A stretch of 32,109 bases of DNA from a virus (Duplodnaviria; Caudoviricetes), in the IMG/VR virus record IMGVR_UViG_3300005764_002748, positions 1-32,109 of that record. One strand, written 5' to 3'. The notes below the pieces were generated by a model. That model saw only the letters and a list, made by a program, of their open reading frames with translations, did not search any database and had not been told where the DNA came from. Numbering within the stretch: the first letter of the stretch is position 1; each line of letters opens with the position of its first letter. The position numbers and the translations under genes were made by a program. This document shows positions 16,406-25,670 of this stretch, piece after piece.

Positions 16406-17491
16406 ATGCAATACTGGCAAGAAAAAGATTGGCTATACGAACATTACGTCCGTCAAAATATGGGTTGTCCCGCCATCGCCAAAATGGTGGGCCTCAAGGT
16501 CTACCAAGACGTGGTATACTGGTTAAAAAAGCATGACATCCCGCTCAGGCCGGCGGGATGGCACATGCAAGGCTCTTCAAATAGATGTCTGGGGAAAGCC
16601 CTCAGTAAGCAGACCAAAGAAAAAATAGCCTCGTCGTTAACTGGCCACAAACGATCCGAGGCTTCAATCAAAAAACAGGTGGCAACCGGCAAGGCAAACG
16701 GTTCTTATAGCAGAAAGTTGGTACACCCTGGTCCCTTCTGGATAACTTGCCAGGACGGCACGATCAAGTGTATGCGAAGTAGCTGGGAGGTTGCATTCGC
16801 GGAGCGACTGTCGGCCTTGGGGTACACATGGGTTTATGAAAGGCAGACTTTCTCGCTAGGGGATTGCAATTATACGCCCGATTTTTATGTCAAGGAGTTG
16901 GATAGCTATTTCGAGGTAAAAGGCTGGCTTCGCGCAGATGCCGAAGAAAAAATCACCAAATTCAAGGTACAATATCCGCAATATAAACTGGTACTTGCTG
17001 ATAAAAAGTACCTCCTTGAGTTCGGGTGTGATTTATCTGTTCGGCCACGAATTGACCGACCGGCAGCTATTTGCCAGCAATGTGGGGCATCCTTTATACC
17101 CAAGAAAAGGTGCCAAAAACTCTGCTCGCAAAGGTGTACGATTGAGCGTATGCACAGCGCCCCAAGAGGGGAAGAATGGAAAAAGAAACTCTCAATCGCA
17201 CGATCCAAGTCAGTACGCTGTAAAGAGACGGGTCAGGTTTTCGCCTCGGCCACTGAGGCAGCCGGGGTGTATGGCGTAAGTTTTTCGGCATTATGCCAAG
17301 CAGCCTCGAAGAAGAAAATGTGTTGTAACCTTCATTGGGAGTACATAAATGACCCGGCTGCGACCACCCTTCAAGATTCATGGCGGCAAGTTTTACCTTG
17401 CCCCCTGGATTATCAGCCAGTTCCCGCCGAATTACGAGACGATGAACTACCTGGAGCCGTATGTGGGGGCCGGATCGGTATTGTTGAATAA
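16406..17491 (+). CDS. Free-standing homing-endonuclease-like protein (HTH, NUMOD3, PD-(D/E)xK nuclease, Zn finger, NUMOD1)
   Basis: TKEKIASSLTGHKRS (NUMOD3-like); RSSWE..YTPDFYV..YFEVKGW (PD..ExK); CQQC..CSQRC; VRCKETGQVFASATEAA (NUMOD1-like). Visibly more AT-rich than its flanks. Confidence 0.8.
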   Translation: MQYWQEKDWLYEHYVRQNMGCPAIAKMVGLKVYQDVVYWLKKHDIPLRPAGWHMQGSSNRCLGKALSKQTKEKIASSLTGHKRSEASIKKQVATGKANGSYSRKLVHPGPFWITCQDGTIKCMRSSWEVAFAERLSALGYTWVYERQTFSLGDCNYTPDFYVKELDSYFEVKGWLRADAEEKITKFKVQYPQYKLVLADKKYLLEFGCDLSVRPRIDRPAAICQQCGASFIPKKRCQKLCSQRCTIERMHSAPRGEEWKKKLSIARSKSVRCKETGQVFASATEAAGVYGVSFSALCQAASKKKMCCNLHWEYINDPAATTLQDSWRQVLPCPLDYQPVPAELRDDELPGAVCGGRIGIVE

Positions 17492-18164
17492 AAAGCCGCC
17501 AGCTTCGCCGGTGTTCGAGGAAACCATCAACGACATGGACGAGGGGGTGGTTCTTATCTTCAAAACGCTGCGGGACCAGCCGAAGGAGTTTATCGCGCGG
17601 CTGAAACGACTGAAATACAGTGCCGACACCTTCCGGGCCGCGCAGGACGCCAAAACCACCAAGGGCACCTGTTTGGACGAAGCGATTAACGACTTCGTGC
17701 TGCGGCGGATGTCGCGGGACGGGCTGAAGAAGGACTTCGCTTGGTCCGAGCGGTTGCGTGGCGGTCAACCCGGCGATGTGAACGCCTGGCAAACGGCGAT
17801 CAGCGACGTATTGCCGGTCGTGGCCGAGCGGATCAAGTCGGTCTTCATCACCCATCGCCCCGCCGTCGAGGTTATTGAGAAGTGGAACAACCCCAACACC
17901 TTGGTCTATTGCGACCCCACCTACCTCCATGCCACGCGGGTAAGCAAGGACTCCTACGACCTGGAAATGACGGAGGAAGACCATATCGAACTGGCCCGCG
18001 TCCTAAACCGTTTTCATGGCAAGGCGATCATCAGTGGTTACCCATCGCCGCTTTATAGCAGTCTATTCAAGGGCTGGCGGTGTGTTAAGAGGCAAATTCC
18101 CAACCACTCGTCCCAGGCGAAGACGAAGAAGATCAAGACCGAGTGCGTTTGGAAGAACTTTTAG
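17349..18164 (+). CDS. DNA adenine methyltransferase, Dam/D12 class
   Basis: HGGKFYLAPWI, YLEPYVGAGSV (SAM motif I), ETIND, YCDPTY (motif IV variant), ISGY, TECVWKNF. Confidence 0.85.
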   Translation: MTRLRPPFKIHGGKFYLAPWIISQFPPNYETMNYLEPYVGAGSVLLNKKPPASPVFEETINDMDEGVVLIFKTLRDQPKEFIARLKRLKYSADTFRAAQDAKTTKGTCLDEAINDFVLRRMSRDGLKKDFAWSERLRGGQPGDVNAWQTAISDVLPVVAERIKSVFITHRPAVEVIEKWNNPNTLVYCDPTYLHATRVSKDSYDLEMTEEDHIELARVLNRFHGKAIISGYPSPLYSSLFKGWRCVKRQIPNHSSQAKTKKIKTECVWKNF

Positions 18165-19516
18165 ATGGCGATACCAAGCTCGTGACGCAATAACTCGGTC
18201 GAATGGCCGGTCACGTCGGCAAAGGTCATCACGGCACGGACCAGCGAGGCATACCATTTATCAAGCTTGGCGGCTTCCCCGCGATAGTACGGCTCTCCTT
18301 CTTTATAGGCATACTGCTCCTTGATGAGTTTGCTCATGCTGCGCAAGCCGACGAGGATGTTCTTGTAGTATTCCACGCTGTACCGTCCGAGATTCTGCCA
18401 CACGTCGGAGAAATCTTGGCCAGACCTTGTGTGCATCATGCCCATGATTCGGGCCGCTTTGTGGAGGCCCCGGATAAGACTGGCGATGGAATTCTCCAGG
18501 TTCCTGATGTCATACATCATGTCCATCACGAAAGAACCGATGCCTTCGACATCTTCGCCAGCCATATACATCATCATCTCGTCACTGTCCATGACCCGGC
18601 CAATGTCGTTACTGAGTGTTTCGGGCAGGTCGCCTATTTCTTGGAAGATGTCGTTCAGCTTTTCTTCCACTGCCGACCTCTCCTTTTCGGTGCCGGTGGT
18701 GGCCTGCATGAATCCTCCGGTGTGCTGGCGGAACCCTGTAAAGGACGATGGTAGCTGGAACCGCCGGACCTCCCGAACGACCCGTGGGTTGTACACGCGA
18801 ATAAAGCCGCCCTTGCTAAGCGGGCAACGGTCAGCCACGATGTCGATGTCACCGCCGCGCATGATCCGCCCCAAACGCTGATAATACTTCGGGGTGTACA
18901 TGGTGTCGCGCCGGTGACCTTTGGCATACACGTCGGGCACATCCTGATAAATCGTCTTTGCCAGGTCTGCTCGCCACTTGGCGTCCTTTTCCTCGTCGCT
19001 CAGACCCTCGTACTCCTTGGGGCTGAGGGGTGGCCCATGAAATGCCTGGCGGGCGATGGCGTCCCAATTGGGCGCACCGCCAGGTGACACTTCCTGGCCC
19101 CGGTACATCACGGGCTGCAAATCCTTGAGGTTACGAATAGCCTGTTTGCGCATGAGGTCGTGGTCGAAATTAAGCCACTGCCAAGGGTTGCTCTGGTGGG
19201 AGCCGTCCAGGCACCGAATTGCCGCCATCTTGTCGGTCACCTGGAGGACCGCGACGTGACGTGGGCCGGGGGTGTCATCGCTTTGCCAACTGGCGAAGCC
19301 GTTCTGCATAAATTCCTCGACCGTGATGCCGTCGATGATCGAACCTGTTTGGGGGCTGTGGATGGGGTGGTCCGGGCCGTCAAGCAGCGTGAGGAAGTGC
19401 CAGTTGCTAGTTCTGAAGGGCGTCAGAATCCTTAACGCCGCCTGCTCACTGCCCATCAGTTGCCCTCCGACAATCTCGGCTTCACTCAGGAAGTCCTTGA
19501 AGTTCATGCGGAACAT
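18161..19516 (-). CDS. 451-aa hypothetical protein with N-terminal CTS-like peptide
   Basis: MFRMNFKDFLSEAE; TATATA-N5-ATG upstream. Confidence 0.75.
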   Translation of the reverse strand: MFRMNFKDFLSEAEIVGGQLMGSEQAALRILTPFRTSNWHFLTLLDGPDHPIHSPQTGSIIDGITVEEFMQNGFASWQSDDTPGPRHVAVLQVTDKMAAIRCLDGSHQSNPWQWLNFDHDLMRKQAIRNLKDLQPVMYRGQEVSPGGAPNWDAIARQAFHGPPLSPKEYEGLSDEEKDAKWRADLAKTIYQDVPDVYAKGHRRDTMYTPKYYQRLGRIMRGGDIDIVADRCPLSKGGFIRVYNPRVVREVRRFQLPSSFTGFRQHTGGFMQATTGTEKERSAVEEKLNDIFQEIGDLPETLSNDIGRVMDSDEMMMYMAGEDVEGIGSFVMDMMYDIRNLENSIASLIRGLHKAARIMGMMHTRSGQDFSDVWQNLGRYSVEYYKNILVGLRSMSKLIKEQYAYKEGEPYYRGEAAKLDKWYASLVRAVMTFADVTGHSTELLRHELGIAI

Positions 19517-19521
19517 GCCAT

Positions 19522-19550
19522 TATATATTCACTTTCATCGTGCTTATATA
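19522..19550. promoter_or_regulatory. Back-to-back TATATA boxes in front of divergent genes
   Basis: TATATA 19522-19527 is 5 nt from minus-strand ATG 19516; TATATA 19545-19550 is 4 nt from plus-strand ATG 19555. Confidence 0.65.
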
Positions 19551-19554
19551 GAAC

Positions 19555-19806
19555 ATGAAAAGTTTCCGCCAGTGGTTACAAGAAATGGTCGGGCCAGTTG
19601 CGGATGAACCCAATAACGCCAACATCGCATTCGGCGTGAAGGGCGTTAACAGCAAATACCACGCGCGGGAGGCCCCGGACGGCCCTAGCTCCTTCGACCC
19701 GGACAAGCTGTTCCTCGGTGACGAAGATGAAGACGAGGAAGATGAGGAAGACGAGGAAGAAGAAATACCGTTCCGGGCCGAGAAGAAAAGAACCGTAGTA
19801 CCCTAA
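19555..19806 (+). CDS. Small acidic protein with CTS-like N-terminus
   Basis: MKSFRQWLQE; D/E run near the C-terminus. Confidence 0.72.
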   Translation: MKSFRQWLQEMVGPVADEPNNANIAFGVKGVNSKYHAREAPDGPSSFDPDKLFLGDEDEDEEDEEDEEEEIPFRAEKKRTVVP

Positions 19807-19830
19807 ATACCCGTGTTTGAGGAGGATTTT

Positions 19831-20241
19831 ATGGCACAGATAAACAACAGCCAGCCCGGTCCCGTCTACACCTTTACGGTCAACCTGCAAACTCACCAGT
19901 ATTACTCCTGGTTGCAGCCGAACAACAGGTTGCAGACGCCGGTTGGCAATTCGGGGAACGTCTACGTCGAAGTGGACGACCAGAAGTTCCATCGGACCAT
20001 TTGGCTACCGGGAGCGCAGCCGGGCACGAGCCTTGAGCAACAGACCAACCCAGACGGTTATTCCGCCACCAACGTGAACGGCACAGCCGTCAACGTACCG
20101 CCGCCGAGCGGGGGTGACGGTTATTACCGACACGGCGACACCGTGGTTGCGTATGGGATGCAAGGGTTATATTTGAAGAACCTGTATGTATCTAACCCGC
20201 CAAAGTTGAGTGATGTATTGATTCTCGTGTCCGTCCAGTAA
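19831..20241 (+). CDS. Hypothetical protein, possibly structural
   Basis: TAAATA 19804-19809 and GAGGAGG SD before ATG 19831; N/Q/T/G-rich. Confidence 0.7.
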   Translation: MAQINNSQPGPVYTFTVNLQTHQYYSWLQPNNRLQTPVGNSGNVYVEVDDQKFHRTIWLPGAQPGTSLEQQTNPDGYSATNVNGTAVNVPPPSGGDGYYRHGDTVVAYGMQGLYLKNLYVSNPPKLSDVLILVSVQ

Positions 20242-20249
20242 GGAGGGTC

Positions 20250-20606
20250 ATGACTTCGTTTCAGAGGCTTTACGAGAACATGCAGAGCATCCGTGAGAAC
20301 GAGGAAAAAGCCTCGGAATCGAAGGCGATGGAGGCGATCCGTACTGGCATTAACGTGCGGGAAGACTTCTGGGACGACTTCTTGTTGGTCATCAATAACG
20401 GCTCCGGCATGGCGGCACTCCTGAATGTGCCTCTGACCGTGGTATCAAGTTGGCACAGCAAGGTACGACAGGCTTACGACAAAGTAAAGCAGGCGGACTC
20501 GGTGCCCGACCCCAAAAAACGCGGCAAGTTAGTTCACACGGCAGAAGAAGACCCCTTCGGGGGTGGCGCTACGCCAGAGCCACCGGAGGATGGGGACGAA
20601 CTATGA
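20250..20606 (+). CDS. Hypothetical protein
   Basis: AAGGAGG SD; begins MTSFQRLYE. Confidence 0.72.
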   Translation: MTSFQRLYENMQSIRENEEKASESKAMEAIRTGINVREDFWDDFLLVINNGSGMAALLNVPLTVVSSWHSKVRQAYDKVKQADSVPDPKKRGKLVHTAEEDPFGGGATPEPPEDGDEL

Positions 20607-21472
20607 TGACGCTATTTCAGTGGCGGATAAAACTCCGAGAGCAGGATGTGCCCAGCCCCATGAAGCCGGAAGGCGATCCGATGGACGCCCCGAAGGCGAT
20701 GCCGGCTACTCCTCCTCCGCGACAGCCACCCACGCCTCGGCCCCAGCCGCCCCACCCTGGGGAGCAGGACGACGGCCAAACGAAAGCCGACTTCTCCTGG
20801 CTCAAGTGGTTCTTCGGCAAAGTCCGCCAGACCCCCAAGACTGGCATGACCTCCGCACTTCGTCAACGTATCGACCGTCTCCACGATGAACTAACCGCCG
20901 ACCACGAGCAAGGGTTATCCAACGAGGTCGAAAATCTCAAGGACCAATACGCCACCCTGTTCAAACCCGACAAATCTGGCGGCAATTTCAAGGCGGATGT
21001 GCCGGCGACCGTCGCCATGAAGTTCGCTATGCAGATCATGGGAGCGGTATTAAAGCTGATCCTGCCTGGTTCCTCTGGTGCTGGGCGCATGTTGGACACC
21101 AAGGCGGTGGCCCAATTCGGGGGAGATGAGGGCGAAGGCGATTGGAATACCCTCAAGCGGGTCGTGGGCAAGCGGCGTATCCCGATCCCTTTTCACATGC
21201 TTAGCAACCTACGCGGCGTGGTGAAGGGCCTGATGCGAAAGTACGCCGACCAATACCACATTGAGGACTGGACTGAGGACGTTCCCAAAGTCAAAGAATT
21301 CACCCTGGACATGCTGGCGGCAGTTCTCAAGTCCGTCTTCCCCGCCTCGGAGGCGAGTGGCGGCGGACGCGGTGTCAGTACCAGCGCACTGAGCCGTTAC
21401 CAGGACAAAATATCCAAGCAGCCGGCAGAACCCGAACAAACGATGCAGCCGCCCAGCAGTATGGAGGTATAA
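20603..21472 (+). CDS. Hypothetical protein with Pro-rich linker and internal duplication
   Basis: ATGA overlap with upstream stop; begins MMTLFQWRIKLREQD. Confidence 0.72.
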   Translation: MMTLFQWRIKLREQDVPSPMKPEGDPMDAPKAMPATPPPRQPPTPRPQPPHPGEQDDGQTKADFSWLKWFFGKVRQTPKTGMTSALRQRIDRLHDELTADHEQGLSNEVENLKDQYATLFKPDKSGGNFKADVPATVAMKFAMQIMGAVLKLILPGSSGAGRMLDTKAVAQFGGDEGEGDWNTLKRVVGKRRIPIPFHMLSNLRGVVKGLMRKYADQYHIEDWTEDVPKVKEFTLDMLAAVLKSVFPASEASGGGRGVSTSALSRYQDKISKQPAEPEQTMQPPSSMEV

Positions 21473-21843
21473 TGGGAAAGTTTCACGAGTGGTTAAAAAG
21501 AAGCAAACTTCAAGAACAGGATGCCCCGGCACCGGAGCCGGCGGGTGGTGGTCCTTTGCGTGCCGGCCTGGCAACGCCCATGCACCAATTTCAGGCAAGG
21601 GCCGAACGAGCCTCCACCCACGGCACCTTGCATCAGAAGGCTAATGAATTAAACAATTACCTGAATATCATGGGGTTAGGGGATTACAAAATGGCCAAAC
21701 GCCTGTTGGCCCTTGCCTTTCGGGACCGGGACAAGCTGGCCGCGCAGGAAGCCGCAGCCGACGAGGGACCAGAAGCCCCCAGCGACATGCCCCCACAGGG
21801 CGTGACCAGGGGGACGCCGCCGGCCACTGGCAGGGAAATGTAA
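21472..21843 (+). CDS. Hypothetical protein with CTS-like N-terminus
   Basis: GGAGG SD and TAATG coupling; MGKFHEWLKRSKLQEQD. Confidence 0.72.
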   Translation: MGKFHEWLKRSKLQEQDAPAPEPAGGGPLRAGLATPMHQFQARAERASTHGTLHQKANELNNYLNIMGLGDYKMAKRLLALAFRDRDKLAAQEAAADEGPEAPSDMPPQGVTRGTPPATGREM

Positions 21844-23034
21844 ATGGAGCAAAGACGATCAGTCACCAGCCGGACCACCCGGCATGAGGTTCAGCAACGG
21901 CTGCAAGCTGCCCTGGCGAATAAACCTTCGCGCAACGGCGTTCCGGTCTTTGAACTGAACAAAATCATCACGCCAGCGCATCCGGTTGGGAAGCCGACCT
22001 ACGAGATTCGGAATGCGCCGCGCAAGCGGTTCGCCAACGCCCCGCCGGCAAACAGCCCCTTCGCCGCCGTCCAGCGCTTGGAACAGATGGCCGCGAACAG
22101 CATTCAGGGGATGGTGCGCGATTGGTTGGGCAACGAGGGCGACTGGTATCTCGGATTCGGAGGCGTGGGCGATGCCCTGCTGTTGATCGCCGCCTGCTAC
22201 AACAATCCCGACGCCAAAGTGGTTTTCTTCCACAACGATCCGCATTTCACCCGACAATGGTTCAACCTTTTTAATATCAAGACCTTTCTCCATTCAAACA
22301 TCATGGGCCAGAGGACCGCCAACTACGTCTTTGACATGATGCGCACCCACCCCCGTTTCAAGACTTCCGCGCATTTGGCGGACGGGCTGGACTACGGGGA
22401 CTGGCTGGCGGACCCCTACAAATATAAAAAGCGGCTCATCGCCCAGGTGCCGTGGGTTGATTACTTCGGGAAGGCTGACTTCGGCAGGCCCACGGTGGTC
22501 ATCGGCCCGTCCGGCTCCCACCGGGACATAAACCGCCAGCGTTACCTGACCGCTCACGAGTACATCGACCTGCTACGCAGCTACCTGGAGCGCGATTACT
22601 TGGTCCTGGTCGTGGGATCGGTGGCGGATTATAACATATACCACCTGCCCAATGATCCCCGATGTCGTTGGCTGATGGCGGACGGGGTGGTGGACCACCA
22701 GGGCAAGAAGACTAGCCACACCCTGGGGGACATGCTCCGGCTGGTCAATGGCGCAGACGAGGTTGTGTCGGTAGACACCTGGCTGAAAACCTACACCCTG
22801 CTCTGCGGGAAACCCACCAAAGTAATCCTGACCCGGTGGAACGGCCACTACCGCATGGTCGGCAGCGATTCGACGGACGCAATATTTCTCAACAAGGACA
22901 TTTGGCCGGGCGTGGAATTGTACCGAATGGAAGACCTCATGGTGTCTTTGGCGAACAAAGCGCCGCCAGCAGCATCTTCTGCTGGCACAGAAGGTAATCC
23001 GTCACCAGTGCCACCGCCGTCTCCTCATCTGTAA
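21844..23034 (+). CDS. GT-B fold glycosyltransferase, GT9 (heptosyltransferase)-like
   Basis: GGVGDALL near the domain start, VVIGPSGS, and LVNGADEVVSVDT correspond to GT9 motifs G.GD and A..VI.vD[ST]. Confidence 0.6.
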   Translation: MEQRRSVTSRTTRHEVQQRLQAALANKPSRNGVPVFELNKIITPAHPVGKPTYEIRNAPRKRFANAPPANSPFAAVQRLEQMAANSIQGMVRDWLGNEGDWYLGFGGVGDALLLIAACYNNPDAKVVFFHNDPHFTRQWFNLFNIKTFLHSNIMGQRTANYVFDMMRTHPRFKTSAHLADGLDYGDWLADPYKYKKRLIAQVPWVDYFGKADFGRPTVVIGPSGSHRDINRQRYLTAHEYIDLLRSYLERDYLVLVVGSVADYNIYHLPNDPRCRWLMADGVVDHQGKKTSHTLGDMLRLVNGADEVVSVDTWLKTYTLLCGKPTKVILTRWNGHYRMVGSDSTDAIFLNKDIWPGVELYRMEDLMVSLANKAPPAASSAGTEGNPSPVPPPSPHL

Positions 23035-23257
23035 GCTCGTCTTCATTCCAGAAGGCATTAAAAGTGTCCACATAAAGGGGCACCGACTGGATCAGGTTGA
23101 CGCGCTTGATGACCACTTTTTCCAGACGACCATTCGTCGCCTTCGGCAAGGAGTAGAGGACCGAACCCTCCGGGAAACGGTAGGGGACGAAACTATAACG
23201 GACCACATTCCCGCAACCCCCGAATCCAAGGCTGCCACCGCCAACATACGTCAGCAT
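22937..23257 (-). CDS. Hypothetical protein
   Basis: GGAGGAGG SD before MLTYVGGG at 23257. Confidence 0.65.
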   Translation of the reverse strand: MLTYVGGGSLGFGGCGNVVRYSFVPYRFPEGSVLYSLPKATNGRLEKVVIKRVNLIQSVPLYVDTFNAFWNEDELTDEETAVALVTDYLLCQQKMLLAALCSPKTP

Positions 23258-23258
23258 T

Positions 23259-23657
23259 TCATCCTCCTCCCACGCAGTTCGCAGGTGGTGACCGGGGCGG
23301 CAGCCGGCCCAGCTTCTCGGTAACCGCCTCCAACTGGCTGAAATAGTCCAGTTGTGTACAGAGTTCAGATTCGTCGCGCTCGCAGAACCAGCCGTTCTTA
23401 TAAACCACATAGCGATTGGTGCGGATGTGGTAGAAGTTGGCTACCACCCAGCGTTGGTTTCCTTCTTGGCCGTTGACGTAGACCTCATCCCCGATGGCAT
23501 AACGGAATCGGCACCACTGCACCGGCACCGTAATGGCCTGGGCCTCAGATTCACCGACCGCCGAGCCGGTTGCCGCGACCGTTGCAAGTCTTACTTTCCC
23601 CGCCGCAATCAGAGCGGGCGACCAGTGGCAATAGGACGCCCCATAGATGTCGCTCAT
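23259..23657 (-). CDS. Hypothetical protein
   Basis: TATATA-N5-ATG; 132 aa; RYAIGDEVYV beta-barrel-like motif. Confidence 0.65.
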   Translation of the reverse strand: MSDIYGASYCHWSPALIAAGKVRLATVAATGSAVGESEAQAITVPVQWCRFRYAIGDEVYVNGQEGNQRWVVANFYHIRTNRYVVYKNGWFCERDESELCTQLDYFSQLEAVTEKLGRLPPRSPPANCVGGG

Positions 23658-23684
23658 CGAGTTATATATGAAAGCCGCGTGGTA

Positions 23685-24362
23685 TTATCCTGGCGGGAAT
23701 AAAGGCGGCTGGTCCTGTTCCGGTGGCGGGGCTTGCTCCAGTTGCGCTCGCAGGGACTTGATGGCGTCGCGCAACTGGCCGGCGATTTCGTACTGCTCTC
23801 GCTTGATGCACTCGTCCATTTTCTCTCCGAGGCGGCGGATTTGTTCCTCAAGAAGCGGGCGCGGGTCGATGTGCAACTGCTTCTGAATGGCCTGTTCCTG
23901 CGCCTGGGCGTCACGTTCCTTCTGGTTTTTTAGCCAGTTTTTGGGCACTTTGCCGACGTGCCTGTGTCGGCCTAGATGCGCGTGTTTCAATACCGCGTCG
24001 AGTTCTTGCCGGAAGAACTCGTAGCAGTGGGGACAGCCCAGCCGGCCCAGCTTGGCAATTTCGGGGATAGTAATGCCACAGTTGGGGCAGCCGGGCTGAG
24101 CCAAAGGTTCCGGCTCCACGGGCTGTTGCACGGCAACTTTCTTGAGTGGTGCGAGGAAAAGCTGCTTGAGCAATTCAAGCAGCATTTCCCCATGCTTCTG
24201 CACCAGATCGTCGGGCTGTTTCTTCGGTTCCATGTTCCCCAGATAAGTGGGTGCGCACGCTTCACACACGCTGATCGAAGTGGCACCGTCCCTGGTGACA
24301 TCAGTGATGTGAATGTGCTTGTGATGTGGACAGGGCTGCCCGGTTAGCGGACACTTCTCCAT
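23685..24362 (-). CDS. mcsA: McsA-like protein (Zn-binding CxxC motifs plus UVR domain)
   Basis: IHITDV..VCEACA; CPNCGIT..GRLGCPHCYEFF..HVGKVP; C-terminal CIKREQYEIAGQLRDAIKSL UVR motif. Confidence 0.85.
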   Translation of the reverse strand: MEKCPLTGQPCPHHKHIHITDVTRDGATSISVCEACAPTYLGNMEPKKQPDDLVQKHGEMLLELLKQLFLAPLKKVAVQQPVEPEPLAQPGCPNCGITIPEIAKLGRLGCPHCYEFFRQELDAVLKHAHLGRHRHVGKVPKNWLKNQKERDAQAQEQAIQKQLHIDPRPLLEEQIRRLGEKMDECIKREQYEIAGQLRDAIKSLRAQLEQAPPPEQDQPPLFPPG

Positions 24363-24997
24363 TATTTTTTGGCCCGTTCGATGAGTTTGTCTTTGTCGTG
24401 AAAGTCGCGTATCTGACGCATGATCTGCTCGCGCTCCTCATCGGTGAACTTATCCTTGTAGTCCTTGAACAGTTTTTCGGCCTGGGCCTCGAACCGCACC
24501 GCCGTTTTCTTGCGCACGGCCACCAAGTCCTTGTAATATTGCTCGACCTGGGCTTTTGTCGCGGGCAGCTTTTTCGGGTCAGTTTCCTTCTTTTCTTCCT
24601 TGTCGGGCTTGGCGTCCTTCTTCTCGTCGTTGCCCTCCTCCTTCTTTTTCTCCTCGCCCTCCTCCTTCTTTTCCTCGAACTTCTTCAATTCGGCTTGCCA
24701 GTAGCCGTCCATGCGCTTGAGTTCATTGCTCAGCTTTTCGGCGGACATGAAATAGTAGATTTGTTTTTCGTACTCGGAGAGGTCGCTGAACTTTCGGACC
24801 TTCTTGGTCTTCTTGTTGGTAAACGTCACGTCCTTCCAGTGGTCGGGGTTCGTGAGGTTGTCGCTCCACTCGTTGAAGTATTTCAGGACTTTCTCATAAT
24901 CGGCTGGGGTTGGCACTTTGGCCTTGGGCTTTTCCTCGTCGGCGGGAGCCGGGGCGAGGGCGAGCAGGCAGACGAAAAAGGCAAGCAGCATCTTCAT
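24362..24997 (-). CDS. Secreted/periplasmic K/E-rich helical protein
   Basis: Signal peptide MKMLLAFFVCLLALAPAPA-DEEK; AAGGA SD; TAATG-coupled to mcsA. Confidence 0.75.
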   Translation of the reverse strand: MKMLLAFFVCLLALAPAPADEEKPKAKVPTPADYEKVLKYFNEWSDNLTNPDHWKDVTFTNKKTKKVRKFSDLSEYEKQIYYFMSAEKLSNELKRMDGYWQAELKKFEEKKEEGEEKKKEEGNDEKKDAKPDKEEKKETDPKKLPATKAQVEQYYKDLVAVRKKTAVRFEAQAEKLFKDYKDKFTDEEREQIMRQIRDFHDKDKLIERAKK

Positions 24998-25029
24998 GAT
25001 AGTTCCTTTCGGATTTAGAGACAGTGGTA

Positions 25030-25626
25030 TTATAACGGAACGGTGGTTCGATACATAGCGATCTTATCGAGCCGCGTGATAAATTCATCGTAGGGCATCG
25101 CGCCCTTTGCCCGATTGCAAAAAGCGCACGCTGAAACGCAGTTCGACAAATCGTAACCTTTCCTATTGTCAACGCGGTCTACCCCGTTACAACAGTAATC
25201 CCCCCACGCACTTGCGTTGTTGTATTTCTTGGATTTCCTCCAACCATCCGCGCGGTAAACCATCGCGGGTACAGCGCCGCAATAGTGGCAGTTGGAACTC
25301 GTGAGGCTGTGAAATTCCTCCCTGGTCAGCTTGAACTCCAACCCTTTTTTCTTGGCCCGCACCTTGTAAGCACAGAGGAACTGAGTAAGGCCCGAATGAC
25401 CCTTGGGCAAAAGGTAGCAATTGATGCAAACCCGGCTGTTCCTGACAATATCAACTAGATCGGGGTGGGTTGCCTTCTTAATATTGCCACAGTTCGTACA
25501 CTCAACCTCCCACTGCTGATAAGCTATGCGTTTGGCCTTACAGTAATACACCTTCATGTCCTCGGCCAGCTTCAGGACTTTCCAACAGTTAAACAATTGG
25601 CCCGACTCAAGCGCGATTTTCTTCAT
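25030..25626 (-). CDS. HNH-type homing endonuclease
   Basis: CHYCG...NGVDRVDNRKGYDLSNCVSACAFCNRAKG; N-terminal WEVECTNCG; AT-richer than flanks. Confidence 0.85.
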   Translation of the reverse strand: MKKIALESGQLFNCWKVLKLAEDMKVYYCKAKRIAYQQWEVECTNCGNIKKATHPDLVDIVRNSRVCINCYLLPKGHSGLTQFLCAYKVRAKKKGLEFKLTREEFHSLTSSNCHYCGAVPAMVYRADGWRKSKKYNNASAWGDYCCNGVDRVDNRKGYDLSNCVSACAFCNRAKGAMPYDEFITRLDKIAMYRTTVPL

Positions 25627-25631
25627 GCTTT

Positions 25632-25659
25632 ATTATAAGAAACTCATCGTGGATTTCAA
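25632..25659 (-). promoter_or_regulatory. Sigma70-like promoter, probably leaderless, for HNH gene
   Basis: Minus strand TTGAAA-N16-TATAAT-N5-ATG. Confidence 0.6.
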
Positions 25660-25670
25660 GTTGATTTCCT

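Noticed and set aside
19717-19765. GAA/GAC/GAG purine-rich microsatellite-like tract
   Set aside because: Simply encodes the D/E run of the 83-aa protein.
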